Source: a virus (taxonomy: Duplodnaviria; Caudoviricetes). Taken from it: DNA of 64,000 nt. Position 1 is the stretch's first letter. Each line of letters opens with the position of its first letter. The notes below the pieces were generated by a model. That model was not told where the DNA came from, searched no databases, and saw only the letters and a program-made list of their open reading frames with translations. Shown here one piece after another: positions 19,429 through 29,138 of the stretch. The translations under genes and the position numbers were made by a program. Where the stretch lies: the IMG/VR virus record IMGVR_UViG_3300010167_000013; one strand, written 5' to 3'.

Positions 19429-22305
19429 GTGGAATCGAAATCCAAACAGGTGAATCCTATCCAGGATTTATTCAATGATATTGAGAAGATCATTGACTTC
19501 ATGGAGGTAAAGGATCTCAATGAAGCAACGAAGTATGAGACTCCTGAGATCAGAAATGATTCTGAATTATGGATGGGAGCTATGATGGAGTCAGATACAT
19601 ATTTGACCTATCGCTCGTACTGGAATAACTCCATGTTTCAAGAAGTACTTCCCAATGTCAAGTTCAATAATATTCGTTTGTGGATGGAGAAACCCCATAA
19701 TATTCCGGTAGATTTCAGAGACAACTTGTTGAAGCGAGGACGAAATACCTTCTTAGACTCATACGTTGAACGTAACACCTACTACAGGATGCTCAATGGA
19801 TTACCTTCAATAGAAACTCCAAGCAGTGAATACATATACCTATCAGAGCCACTACGAAACCATCTATCAGCTGATGATATTCCGGTACATGAGTTGTCGT
19901 TGTTAGTTCAGAATAGGTATGTATCCACAGAGGAATATCGAGAAGTTCTGAAGGATAATCCGGATAAACCATATCTGAAGTATTTGGGGATATACAAGAT
20001 AGATCTATTCACTGCCCGTAAGGCAAAAGATTTCGAACTAATAAGATTCCTGCCAATGAGTCGTTCGGATATCAACCCTCATCTTCTGAAAGAGTTCGGG
20101 TCTCTATACAACGAGTACAGGGAATATGTAATGGCTGTACTGTACAATAGACACCTTGAGAATATATATGAGAATTACAGAACATTCATGGGAGTATTGA
20201 TAACATCCTTCGTACTAATGCAGATCTCCAACAAAGCTGCTGAGAGTGCAACTGATCGTAAATTCCTTGATGATGCTGTGCTCCATATCATACTATCGAT
20301 GCATGGGATACCCCGTAGTCTGTTGATGACAAATGAGGTACGTAGAAATCTAGTGATAAATCTTCTCAAGCTTACACGAGAGAAGGCAACCGATGACGTC
20401 TACTACAGCCTTATTCAGATACTCGGGTATCACGATGTGGTCATCAGTAAACTGATGCTGATGAGAGGCCAACAGTTTGACAAAGATTCAGGTCAAGCTA
20501 CATTCGCAGATAGTACCGAATTGAATGATTTCTCAGATGTTGATAAAATAACCTCTATTGATCCTGATACAAATGAACTAGTTCAGAAACTCAACGTCGA
20601 CCCATACTTCGTTGCAGTAGATCTGAAGGACCCAAATCCATACGACACAATAACTAGTGGGAAGGCTCCAATCTATAGCTATGAGTCAGTAACCGACCCA
20701 GATCCAACATGGTGGGATCTTGCAGATACTCAGGACCTATTGAAGAACACTCACTACACAATAGCAGACTCCAAATATATCATGGCGGAAGTTATCATTC
20801 ATCAGATAAACTACCTATTCGAATCCATATATTTCACACGATTGATACTGGACAACAAAGAGTACACGGATACGTTTACAATTACTATTCCAGAAATATT
20901 TGGAACTGATCAAGTATCTATCTATGATTTGATGGTATTCATATTAGCTGCTACCTGTATGAATAATGGGTTGAGTGGAAATATCATCACATCCGATGAA
21001 GGATTATTTGCAACCGCTGGTTTCAACTTCGACATCGACTTGACAATATTCCAAACCTTCTTGAATAATACCAAGTATGTTGATCGGGATAGGATCATGT
21101 TATTCATGGAAAATTTATCCATGAGAACTCCATCAGATATCAACAGATTGTTCAACGAGGTAATGTATCCGATGAGAGAATGGTTACAAACCAAGATATC
21201 CCAATCGGTTGATAGGTATGAGTTCCTGGAATATGAAGCTATCTACAGAGCACTGTTCACGTATGACATAGCAAAGAATAGTTTCTTGGAGGACTTCAAA
21301 CCTCCAATGAAAATAATAGAAGAGAAGCATGGTATCTCTAGTGAAGACATGCAAGTTTACCAGCATTTCTACCCAAGACATTTCTCTGGGGAAGCGATAA
21401 AAACAGATGAGATGTCATCCAATCCATCTTACTTCCCATTCACCAATGTTCCAGTAACTTGGCACATCGATGTTCCGTACAAAGGTACTCTCTACTTTCA
21501 TGACATTCTAAACTCACCAGACATCAGGGATTTGAAATCAGATGACAATTACATATTCATGGATTCAGATGGAGATGAATTAATAGTAGACAGAGATGCC
21601 CTGAGGGATGTTTTGGAAGCTATCAACAGACTGTCGGATGATGAAGTGAGAGAAGCTTGCTTCAGAGTAAATACTCCGATACTGAATTCTAGTGGAGGAA
21701 TGATACCAAAGGAAACTAGGCTTCCTGCAAACATTCGTAGTACTGGAATATTCAAACAGATCCTAATCGATAAGATACTGATGGATATCGATGGATTGGC
21801 TATCCCTCCAGTAACATACTTGGAGTATCTATATCGAAAGAACCCAAAGCTACATGAGCTTCTAACAGTAAATGATAGATTTGAACGAGATAAAGAACTA
21901 TGGATGCAGGATGTAATGACGATAGTGCTGGCGTTGGAAACAGAATTAAATATGCACATGAAATACTTCGAACAATCCATAGTTGGATCAGAAATGTTGT
22001 TCAAGCCACTAATCACATTGATCAAGCACTTCAAGTCTACCTACGTAAACTTTGCCAAAACAGGCCTAAGATATGTATTTGGAGACAAGATCGATGCTGG
22101 TGGGACATCGAATATGCTGAAATTATTTGACTCTATGTCAATGGTTATTCACTTCGTGTTATTCTCCAGAAAAGGTGAACATACAGAGTTCGGGTTGTAC
22201 GACACCGAACACAAAACAAAACACAAGATCGTCATGAAAGACAGGTCGGGACTGTCAATAAATGATGAAGTAAGATTTTTGAAAAATAAAAAAGAGATAA
22301 TTTGA
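19429..22305 (+). CDS. large jumbo-phage protein, probably virion/baseplate
   Basis: 958 aa; no enzyme motif; structural role inferred from size and context. Confidence 0.45.
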   Translation: MESKSKQVNPIQDLFNDIEKIIDFMEVKDLNEATKYETPEIRNDSELWMGAMMESDTYLTYRSYWNNSMFQEVLPNVKFNNIRLWMEKPHNIPVDFRDNLLKRGRNTFLDSYVERNTYYRMLNGLPSIETPSSEYIYLSEPLRNHLSADDIPVHELSLLVQNRYVSTEEYREVLKDNPDKPYLKYLGIYKIDLFTARKAKDFELIRFLPMSRSDINPHLLKEFGSLYNEYREYVMAVLYNRHLENIYENYRTFMGVLITSFVLMQISNKAAESATDRKFLDDAVLHIILSMHGIPRSLLMTNEVRRNLVINLLKLTREKATDDVYYSLIQILGYHDVVISKLMLMRGQQFDKDSGQATFADSTELNDFSDVDKITSIDPDTNELVQKLNVDPYFVAVDLKDPNPYDTITSGKAPIYSYESVTDPDPTWWDLADTQDLLKNTHYTIADSKYIMAEVIIHQINYLFESIYFTRLILDNKEYTDTFTITIPEIFGTDQVSIYDLMVFILAATCMNNGLSGNIITSDEGLFATAGFNFDIDLTIFQTFLNNTKYVDRDRIMLFMENLSMRTPSDINRLFNEVMYPMREWLQTKISQSVDRYEFLEYEAIYRALFTYDIAKNSFLEDFKPPMKIIEEKHGISSEDMQVYQHFYPRHFSGEAIKTDEMSSNPSYFPFTNVPVTWHIDVPYKGTLYFHDILNSPDIRDLKSDDNYIFMDSDGDELIVDRDALRDVLEAINRLSDDEVREACFRVNTPILNSSGGMIPKETRLPANIRSTGIFKQILIDKILMDIDGLAIPPVTYLEYLYRKNPKLHELLTVNDRFERDKELWMQDVMTIVLALETELNMHMKYFEQSIVGSEMLFKPLITLIKHFKSTYVNFAKTGLRYVFGDKIDAGGTSNMLKLFDSMSMVIHFVLFSRKGEHTEFGLYDTEHKTKHKIVMKDRSGLSINDEVRFLKNKKEII

Positions 22306-22306
22306 A

Positions 22307-22346
22307 AAATAAATATCAGGGGAAGTACTTCCCCTGATATTTATTT
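22307..22346. terminator. perfect 40 bp palindrome / bidirectional terminator
   Basis: AAATAAATATCAGGGGAAGT|ACTTCCCCTGATATTTATTT between convergent genes. Confidence 0.8.
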
Positions 22347-22348
22347 CA

Positions 22349-22678
22349 TCATGCACTAGTATCAATAGTAATCGTGAAGGAAACATTGCCACCTGTGAAT
22401 GGGAGTATATCCTCAACTGATTCAAAATCAACTATCTCATATGCCACACCATCTTTGCAGAGCACTATTACATATGTGAGTAACCCAGTGCCTACGTCAT
22501 CACTGTACAACTCAAATGTGTACTTCAGATTATCTTCCCCATCATTCTCTGGAAGTGATATTGTACACCTGTATTTATTTTGATCCTCTTCTACTACAGG
22601 ATAGAATTCATCCAAATCATGTGAGAACACTTGAAGGTTATCCAATGAATTGATAACTATGTTGGCCAAGGGAATCAA
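22349..22678 (-). CDS. hypothetical protein
   Basis: 109 aa acidic ORF coupled to the upstream gene. Confidence 0.6.
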   Translation of the reverse strand: MIPLANIVINSLDNLQVFSHDLDEFYPVVEEDQNKYRCTISLPENDGEDNLKYTFELYSDDVGTGLLTYVIVLCKDGVAYEIVDFESVEDILPFTGGNVSFTITIDTSA

Positions 22679-23199
22679 CCCTCCTTGATACTCAGTGACC
22701 TATTGACAACCTGTTTTGTCATTTCCAGAATCATTTCCCTACCTAGTTCTTTTATCCTCTCACTGTCATCTTTTCTGATTATATCCATGAGTTGGTAGAT
22801 ACGATAGTCACAGAATATTTTCTCCGGATCAACCTTGATGCCATTGTCATTTGCTGCAAGTTCAAGATTGGTTTGTCGTATCTTGTTTCTGAACTTGCTA
22901 CAGGTCCGTTTGAGAGCTAGAGGGGTAGTATGATATTTTATCGCTAGATCATTTACGTTAGCTCCATCATCCAATTCAGTTAGGATCAGTGCCCAGTCTC
23001 TTTTTACTGGGGGATCTTCAGATTTCTTTTCTCTGCGTGATGGCACAACTGGCTCTATCTCTGTGCCTTCGTATCCCTTCACTATTTCTCTTATTTCACT
23101 TTCCTTGCAGCAGTTTAGTTCTGCAAGCACCTTGATTTGTTTTTCTTTGTTTGTTGCCAGGCTGTACTTGTACCTTATTTCCTTTTCCGTATATTGCAA
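22675..23199 (-). CDS. hypothetical protein, possible HTH DNA-binding
   Basis: QIKVLAELN and GANVNDLAIKYHTT helix-turn-helix-like segments. Confidence 0.5.
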   Translation of the reverse strand: MQYTEKEIRYKYSLATNKEKQIKVLAELNCCKESEIREIVKGYEGTEIEPVVPSRREKKSEDPPVKRDWALILTELDDGANVNDLAIKYHTTPLALKRTCSKFRNKIRQTNLELAANDNGIKVDPEKIFCDYRIYQLMDIIRKDDSERIKELGREMILEMTKQVVNRSLSIKEG

Positions 23200-23257
23200 T
23201 AGAATCCCACCTTGCCGTATATGTTTTAATTTATATTCAGGTCGGTAGTGTTCTACA

Positions 23258-23485
23258 TCAAGTACCCCATACTCTCTTGAAATTTACTCTCAGTTCCTCA
23301 TATTCGGTATGAGGAAGAGGTAGAGACGGATCTACTCCTTCTTTTCCACAGATTGCGCATATCCATGGGAATTTCTTGTCTCGATGGTAATTAGAGTATA
23401 CCTTGTGATGATCAATGCACTTCGTTGAATCATTCATCCTAATTGGAACATTGTCGTACATAGACAACTGTGTATACTCTTCCAT
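23258..23485 (-). CDS. small Zn-finger protein
   Basis: CIDHH...CAICG; AGGAG RBS. Confidence 0.55.
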   Translation of the reverse strand: MEEYTQLSMYDNVPIRMNDSTKCIDHHKVYSNYHRDKKFPWICAICGKEGVDPSLPLPHTEYEELRVNFKRVWGT

Positions 23486-23495
23486 ATCAATGCTC

Positions 23496-23660
23496 CTATT
23501 CTGTGAAGTACTCTAGTTTTTCTGTCAGTGGAATTGGATTTCCTTTTTCATCAAGTACTAGATTTCCATTTGAATCTCTCTTATACACGATGGTGGTACT
23601 ACTCAGTCCCTCTCTGAACTTCAGATCATTACCATCATTTGCTCTTACTGTTTTTTCCAT
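23496..23660 (-). CDS. small hypothetical protein (54 aa, not in ORF track)
   Basis: AAGGAG RBS then MEKTVRANDG...KLEYFTE*; fills the operon gap. Confidence 0.55.
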   Translation of the reverse strand: MEKTVRANDGNDLKFREGLSSTTIVYKRDSNGNLVLDEKGNPIPLTEKLEYFTE

Positions 23661-23823
23661 CTGCGAACAGCTCCTTTCTATCGATTACTTTGTTCCCATC
23701 AACTTTAACAAGATGTGAGTATTTTCCAACCTTGATGGTTCCATTTTTTATCGAGAGGATTATCCCATCCAGATCATCACCTCTGTATTTCTCAAACCTA
23801 CTGATGCATTTCATTTCGATCAA
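23635..23823 (-). CDS. small hypothetical protein
   Basis: GGAGG RBS directly after the promoter motif. Confidence 0.55.
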   Translation of the reverse strand: MIEMKCISRFEKYRGDDLDGIILSIKNGTIKVGKYSHLVKVDGNKVIDRKELFADGKNSKSK

Positions 23824-23834
23824 CCTCCTGCTGT

Positions 23835-23847
23835 AGAATATATAATT
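23835..23847 (-). promoter_or_regulatory. phage promoter motif AATTATATATTCT
   Basis: exact consensus upstream of the small-gene operon. Confidence 0.7.
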
Positions 23848-23897
23848 CAGTGAACCCGATAGATAATATCATATACAATGAAGGGTGGTAACCATAG

Positions 23898-25022
23898 ATG
23901 GAACTAACATTGGACTTGGGTGCTATTGATGATGTTGTACTGGAGTCAACACTCGAGGGTGTCGAATACCTTGAATTCTGTGATACCCTGAACTACCTCT
24001 CCAGTTTTTTAGACCAAAGATTATACTTGGAAGCCAGGGTAGATGATGCGAAAACGTTTGGGGATAAAATGGGGGATGCTTTCAGGAATACAGCCAATAC
24101 AACAAAGGATGTAGGGGTTGCGTACGACAAGGTCACAGATGGTGGTGGAGTGTTAGCAAAATCTGTCTGGGATCTGATGATGACAGCAATAAAGTTTTCA
24201 GTCAAGGTTCTTTCATTTGTGCTCAAGAATATTGCCAAGATCCCGAGATTCGCGAATAATACATTCAAGAAGATCGGACGGATACCGAAGAACATACGTG
24301 ACCTGATCAAGGGTAACATCAAATTATACATAGCTGCTCAAGACCTTCAATACTTCTACAATACAATATTCCCAAATGTGAGAAACTTCCTCAGCTTAGC
24401 CAAGGGGATGTCAGAAGGAGAAGTATGGGGAACTTTCTGGAAAGGCGATGCATCCGACACCAAGAACCCAAAACAGGGAGCATTCAAAAGTGGAAGAGAT
24501 GATATGGCTATCTACAAATCCATGAAAGAAATTTCAGATAAATTGAGGAAAGTTAGATTTGAGTTGTCTACTATTGAAATGGGCGACCAAGGAGCTCTTG
24601 ACACATACTTTGGTGACAGCAAGTCGATATCGTTCAAAGATATCTCAGGACGAACTCATCAGTCATCGTACCGAGAAGCATTAGCGGCACTATCAACCGA
24701 ACTCACTGGAAATGGTTCTGATTCTCTTCAGACTCAATTGGAAGATATTCAGAAAATGCTGAGTGAGAAACTCAACGTTACCCAAGGAAACCAAGAATTT
24801 GCTAACTTGAAGTCACGTGAGCAACAGAATGTCAAGAACAGCATACTGATGGTATCAGAAGTAGTTCGTATCGTAGGAGATTTTGTCAGATACATATTCG
24901 CCGACATTAGTGCATTGGACAAGGCTGCAACCACAGTTCTCATGAAACGTGGGGTTAATCCCCCAGTTCAAATAAACCCGCCCTCTTCGAAGAAACCAAA
25001 GAAAAAGGAAGAGAAGGCCTAG
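23898..25022 (+). CDS. probable internal head protein
   Basis: helical 374 aa protein with an acidic N-terminus carrying x-L-E motifs (VLES, TLEG, YLEA), reminiscent of jumbo-phage prohead-protease propeptides; inference. Confidence 0.35.
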   Translation: MELTLDLGAIDDVVLESTLEGVEYLEFCDTLNYLSSFLDQRLYLEARVDDAKTFGDKMGDAFRNTANTTKDVGVAYDKVTDGGGVLAKSVWDLMMTAIKFSVKVLSFVLKNIAKIPRFANNTFKKIGRIPKNIRDLIKGNIKLYIAAQDLQYFYNTIFPNVRNFLSLAKGMSEGEVWGTFWKGDASDTKNPKQGAFKSGRDDMAIYKSMKEISDKLRKVRFELSTIEMGDQGALDTYFGDSKSISFKDISGRTHQSSYREALAALSTELTGNGSDSLQTQLEDIQKMLSEKLNVTQGNQEFANLKSREQQNVKNSILMVSEVVRIVGDFVRYIFADISALDKAATTVLMKRGVNPPVQINPPSSKKPKKKEEKA

Positions 25023-25032
25023 GCCTTCTCTT
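25009..25032. terminator. perfect 24 bp palindrome at overlapping convergent stops
   Basis: AAGAGAAGGCCT|AGGCCTTCTCTT. Confidence 0.65.
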
Positions 25033-25705
25033 TTTTTACATTTGGAATTTGCCAGCATATTCCTGTGTAACCCTTCTCCTGTAGGAAGTCATTGGCTCGT
25101 GAGAAATGCTTGCATCCAAAGAATCTATCTCCGGCTAATGGACTAGGATGTGCTGCAGTCAATATCAAATGACTGTGAGTATTGACAGTATACATCTTCT
25201 GTTGTGCATCCCTTCCCCAGAGCATGAACACAGCAGGGTTTCCTATTCTGTCAATTATCTCTATGATCTTATCTGTGAATACTTCCCAGCCTTTACCACG
25301 ATGAGATTTGCTTATTCCCTCTCTCACAGTCAGTATTGTATTTAGTAGCAAGACTCCCTGTCTAGCCCATGGTATTAAACATCCATTGTCCGGGATGAAG
25401 CAACCTATGTCTTCACGTAACTCTTTGAATATATTCAAGAGTGATGGAGGTATTCTGATTCCTGGTTGGACTGAGAATGCTAGTCCATGAGCTTCACCAT
25501 GATTGATATATGGGTCTTGCCCAATTATTACCACCTTGATATCTCTACATGCAGTGTACCTCAGTGAATTGAATATATCGATCATAGGTGGATAGCATGA
25601 TACAGATGAGTACTCATGCTTCAGAAAAGCTACAAGCTGTTGGTAGTAATCTTTCTGAAATTCATCCTTCAGTAATTCATCCCAGTCGTTCCCTATGGTT
25701 ATCAT
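25019..25705 (-). CDS. ung: uracil-DNA glycosylase, family 1
   Basis: GQDPY, GLAFSV, GVLLLN, HPSPL motifs. Confidence 0.97.
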   Translation of the reverse strand: MITIGNDWDELLKDEFQKDYYQQLVAFLKHEYSSVSCYPPMIDIFNSLRYTACRDIKVVIIGQDPYINHGEAHGLAFSVQPGIRIPPSLLNIFKELREDIGCFIPDNGCLIPWARQGVLLLNTILTVREGISKSHRGKGWEVFTDKIIEIIDRIGNPAVFMLWGRDAQQKMYTVNTHSHLILTAAHPSPLAGDRFFGCKHFSRANDFLQEKGYTGICWQIPNVKKEKA

Positions 25706-25842
25706 ATTTTTTTAGTAACAAGTTTCCCACACTCACTACATTGAGACACAACAACCTTTGTCATACCACCATCCATCTTGTACGAATGGGCCAAACCAAA
25801 CCGATGCCTACAGAATAACTGTTTGAAGAACCTAGAGATCAT
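25702..25842 (-). CDS. small C-x-H...CxxC protein (DUF1660-like, 46 aa, not in ORF track)
   Basis: MISRFFKQLFCRHRF...QCSECGK; ATGA overlap with ung; AGGAGG upstream. Confidence 0.65.
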   Translation of the reverse strand: MISRFFKQLFCRHRFGLAHSYKMDGGMTKVVVSQCSECGKLVTKKI

Positions 25843-25996
25843 ACCATCTTCCCCTCCTGACTTTTCCACATTTAGAACATTTTCTAGAAGACTTTGAACC
25901 GGATATGAATATCATACTAGAAGATGCACCATATTGTTGAAGCTGTATCGCGTAATCATGCTGACACAGTAAACGTTTCACAAATAGTTTCATCAT
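25832..25996 (-). CDS. small C-x-H...CxxC protein (DUF1660-like, 54 aa, not in ORF track)
   Basis: MMKLFVKRLLCQHDY...KCSKCGK; AAGGAG RBS. Confidence 0.65.
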   Translation of the reverse strand: MMKLFVKRLLCQHDYAIQLQQYGASSSMIFISGSKSSRKCSKCGKVRRGRWYDL

Positions 25997-26038
25997 ATCC
26001 AATTCACTCCTTTATAAATTTTTATACCACACACTGAG

Positions 26039-27229
26039 GTGATTATATTGAATCTCACAACAGATCAGTACTACTCATTGTCCAAGTTAGATCGTTGGTA
26101 CAACAAGTACACTCAGCAGTTCATAGATATCTCTGGAGTTATTGGTACAGGTACCTGGGAATTAGTTCAACTGTTCATTGAAAATACTAATTTAGACGCC
26201 AGAGAAGTAATGTATCTTTCACCGAATCAGAAGCAAGTTCTTGAGCTGGCATTTCGAAAATATCACTCGTATTACATATACCCTATAATATATAATTACA
26301 TTCGGATAGTAGATTTTGAATCTCTTCCAGTAGTAAATGGGTACAGCAAGGAAGTCAAATATGAATGGAAAAAGGAAGTCAGAAAAAGAATCGATGTGAA
26401 ATACAAGTTGATCGTAGTACTGGACTCATCTCTGTTGAACTTCCAGACTATCCAGGATCTATCCACATTTGGTATTCCTATCATACTTCTGAAAGATCCG
26501 ATGCTGCTTCCAGCATCGGATACGTACACATTCTTGAGAGATGCTAATATCAAACTCTATGAACTCAACCCAGAGTATCTAAAAGATCCCATCGCATATT
26601 TTGCCCACAAGATATTGAACAGGGAAAGATTAGATTACGGTAACTATGATAATGTATCAATTGTTCCAAGAAAGCAGATCAATCTATTCAACCTCAGATC
26701 ATCTGATATGAATATCGCCATATCGGATACTCTCAGAGATAGTATCAACCGAATATACCGGGAGAGGATACTGAAGAGGAAGGATATGACTACTGTACCA
26801 AATGAGAGAGTAGTGGCAATGAATACAATGTACAGCAGGAAGATTACTAATCAAGACAACAAAAAAGTGAAAGTGTATTTATCCAAGGGAACTGTTGGTA
26901 CATTGCCAAAGGTGAACAAACATGCAGTTGGAACAAAGTACGTCAATGTTGACTTTCAGCCTGAATTCTATCATGAGTCATTCACTGGTCTCATTATCAA
27001 TAGACACTACCTTAACAAGGTAGAGCTCCCATCTCAGCAAATGATACCAGATGAAATTGCCAACTTTGAATATGCATATGCACTTACTGTACAGATGAGC
27101 AGATTATCTCACTGGGATAAAGTAACACTCATAGTAGATAACAATCAGGAGAATGATCCTGATTTACAGCAGATGCTATTATACACAGCAATTACTAGAG
27201 CTGTCAAGTCGTTGACAATTGTGATCTAG
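26039..27229 (+). CDS. Dda/RecD2-like SF1B helicase homologue with degenerate ATPase motifs
   Basis: C-terminal YAYALTV and LLYTAITRA; Walker A reads GVIGTGTW and Walker B reads VLDSS. Confidence 0.7.
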   Translation: MIILNLTTDQYYSLSKLDRWYNKYTQQFIDISGVIGTGTWELVQLFIENTNLDAREVMYLSPNQKQVLELAFRKYHSYYIYPIIYNYIRIVDFESLPVVNGYSKEVKYEWKKEVRKRIDVKYKLIVVLDSSLLNFQTIQDLSTFGIPIILLKDPMLLPASDTYTFLRDANIKLYELNPEYLKDPIAYFAHKILNRERLDYGNYDNVSIVPRKQINLFNLRSSDMNIAISDTLRDSINRIYRERILKRKDMTTVPNERVVAMNTMYSRKITNQDNKKVKVYLSKGTVGTLPKVNKHAVGTKYVNVDFQPEFYHESFTGLIINRHYLNKVELPSQQMIPDEIANFEYAYALTVQMSRLSHWDKVTLIVDNNQENDPDLQQMLLYTAITRAVKSLTIVI

Positions 27230-27247
27230 AGTATATCCTCCAATCTG

Positions 27248-27260
27248 AATTATATATTCT
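27248..27260 (+). promoter_or_regulatory. phage promoter motif AATTATATATTCT
   Basis: exact consensus upstream of 27293. Confidence 0.7.
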
Positions 27261-27292
27261 AATCTAGATAAAGAAAAGGAGTTGTTGTTCAA

Positions 27293-27619
27293 ATGGATGA
27301 TATTGGAAAAGAGTTTGAGTTAAACATTGTCAATGATATCATTACAGAGATGGGTGAGGTGGGTAAGACACCGGATAAAATTACATTGAGGATGAGAATG
27401 GAACCAGTCCATCAGAACTTTCCTCATATTCATGCCTGGAAGGCTGGAAGGAAAGCAGTATTTCTTGCCGATGGCTCGCTTGTAGTTAATAGTTCGAAAT
27501 CTCCATTGACAAGTGACGAAGTAAAAAGTGTCTATCGCTGGATCTCTTCTCATAAAGACGGTCTTGATGAAAACTGGCAGATACTGAAAGCCGGAGGAAA
27601 GGTGAAAATACTTCCATAG
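27293..27619 (+). CDS. DUF4160-family protein (putative toxin)
   Basis: H-x-x-x-P-H-I-H motif and WISSHKDGLDENW C-terminus. Confidence 0.65.
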   Translation: MDDIGKEFELNIVNDIITEMGEVGKTPDKITLRMRMEPVHQNFPHIHAWKAGRKAVFLADGSLVVNSSKSPLTSDEVKSVYRWISSHKDGLDENWQILKAGGKVKILP

Positions 27620-27630
27620 GAGGATATAAT

Positions 27631-27924
27631 ATGCATATCAGTAGAGGAGTGTTGATGACAGATGACAATGATTTGGCGGGTATTGTGGATGTCATCCCAT
27701 TAGAGAATTACAGAATACTAGTAGAGTTTTACACCGGAGAAAAAGTAATATTTGATATGACTCCGTACATCGATGAACCATACTTCAGAGGCCTTAGAAA
27801 TAAGGAAGTATTTGATGCGGTTCGTCATGACTATGAAGCCCCATTGTGGCAAAATGAGGAACTAGGTCTAGACGCAGAAATGGGATTGTGCACTATATTT
27901 GAGAATGGGATTAGTGTTCAATAG
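27631..27924 (+). CDS. DUF2442-family protein (putative antitoxin)
   Basis: VIPLENYRILVEFYTGE...FDMTPY...F...W pattern; directly after the DUF4160 gene. Confidence 0.75.
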   Translation: MHISRGVLMTDDNDLAGIVDVIPLENYRILVEFYTGEKVIFDMTPYIDEPYFRGLRNKEVFDAVRHDYEAPLWQNEELGLDAEMGLCTIFENGISVQ

Positions 27925-27933
27925 GAGGAAGTT

Positions 27934-28722
27934 ATGGACTATCTAAAAGAAACAGTCAGAGTTGATATCGGTGATCCACCTGGAGTAGCTGTTGGTACTG
28001 TCAAAGAGTATGTTGGGTTGAGTGAAAAGGAGACAGCTAAGTTGCTGTACGTCAGACTGAATAAGGATAGAACTAACTTAAACTACCTGAATATCCATGA
28101 GTGCACTGAGTACGCTAAGGAGATAAGGGAAGGACAGCTGAAAGAGTACCTACCAAGGAACAAAATGTTCATTACAGAAGCTGCTCTCACATATTTATCG
28201 GAAGTAACGTTCTCAAGCATAAAAGACAGATTCAATAATATGTCGTCTATCGTGAGAGCAAAGTATCATCTCACCAAAAAACAATTGATAGACATCCAGG
28301 GATTGCAAGAACAACAAGGAGACGAATCGAAAAAGTTGGGTATACCATTGAATAGTATACCGATTAAACTACCAGAGGATATTGAAATTAGCGGACACGC
28401 AATGAACATGATTAACTCCAGAGAAATGAAGCAAAAATTGGCTAGAAGAATGGGTCGTGATAACCCTGATGAAATCAAACCAGTTGAGCTTGCGCAGTAT
28501 ATTATAGACACTTCAATGTTCATGTTCAATCAAAAAAGCAAGCTTAGCAACAAAATTGATGGAAAAACACGTCTATATGTATCATCGGATGGAGCAACTG
28601 CTATATCGGTCTCTGAGAATACAGAAGGTACTATTGTAACAATATTCCATGTAAGTGAGTTCGACAAATATCACCTTGGGGTGATAGTTAGGAGGGTAGA
28701 AACATGGTTGGGGATAAAATAG
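27934..28722 (+). CDS. hypothetical protein
   Basis: 262 aa, AGGAGG RBS. Confidence 0.65.
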   Translation: MDYLKETVRVDIGDPPGVAVGTVKEYVGLSEKETAKLLYVRLNKDRTNLNYLNIHECTEYAKEIREGQLKEYLPRNKMFITEAALTYLSEVTFSSIKDRFNNMSSIVRAKYHLTKKQLIDIQGLQEQQGDESKKLGIPLNSIPIKLPEDIEISGHAMNMINSREMKQKLARRMGRDNPDEIKPVELAQYIIDTSMFMFNQKSKLSNKIDGKTRLYVSSDGATAISVSENTEGTIVTIFHVSEFDKYHLGVIVRRVETWLGIK

Positions 28723-29006
28723 AATACGAAATATCGCAGTTAGACGAAGAAGAAAGGAACATGTATTTTAGCATACGCGCTATTATAAGTGGTTGGGACC
28801 CTCTATATTTGCTCATCAATGGAGCTCCTAATGATGAGTATCATTGCGAGGCCAGCAGAATTCTCGAAATAATAAAAACCGATAACAAGGCTTCTAAACT
28901 TGAAAAATACTTTGATGAGTTCTTTGATAGCAACCTGAAGAAAAATAAACGAGCTTTTATGAAAGAAAGTCGTTTGGTGTCAAGAATACTTCTTGAGGTA
29001 TGCTAA
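28704..29006 (+). CDS. DUF1871-like protein
   Basis: WDPL...PNDEY..EA..I motif; paralogue at 53191-53391. Confidence 0.55.
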   Translation: MVGDKIEYEISQLDEEERNMYFSIRAIISGWDPLYLLINGAPNDEYHCEASRILEIIKTDNKASKLEKYFDEFFDSNLKKNKRAFMKESRLVSRILLEVC

Positions 29007-29108
29007 ATGGAACTTGAGTCTAGAGTAAACAAACAAGATTGGATAGAGTTTGGTAATCCACCAAATGAAATGGCTAGACAATTTATGATGGAGAATTTCG
29101 GATGCTGT

Positions 29109-29138
29109 ATTGGGAGGGTGCAAGCGCACCCTCCCAAT
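29109..29138. terminator. intrinsic terminator
   Basis: ATTGGGAGGGTGC-aagc-GCACCCTCCCAAT between convergent genes. Confidence 0.75.
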
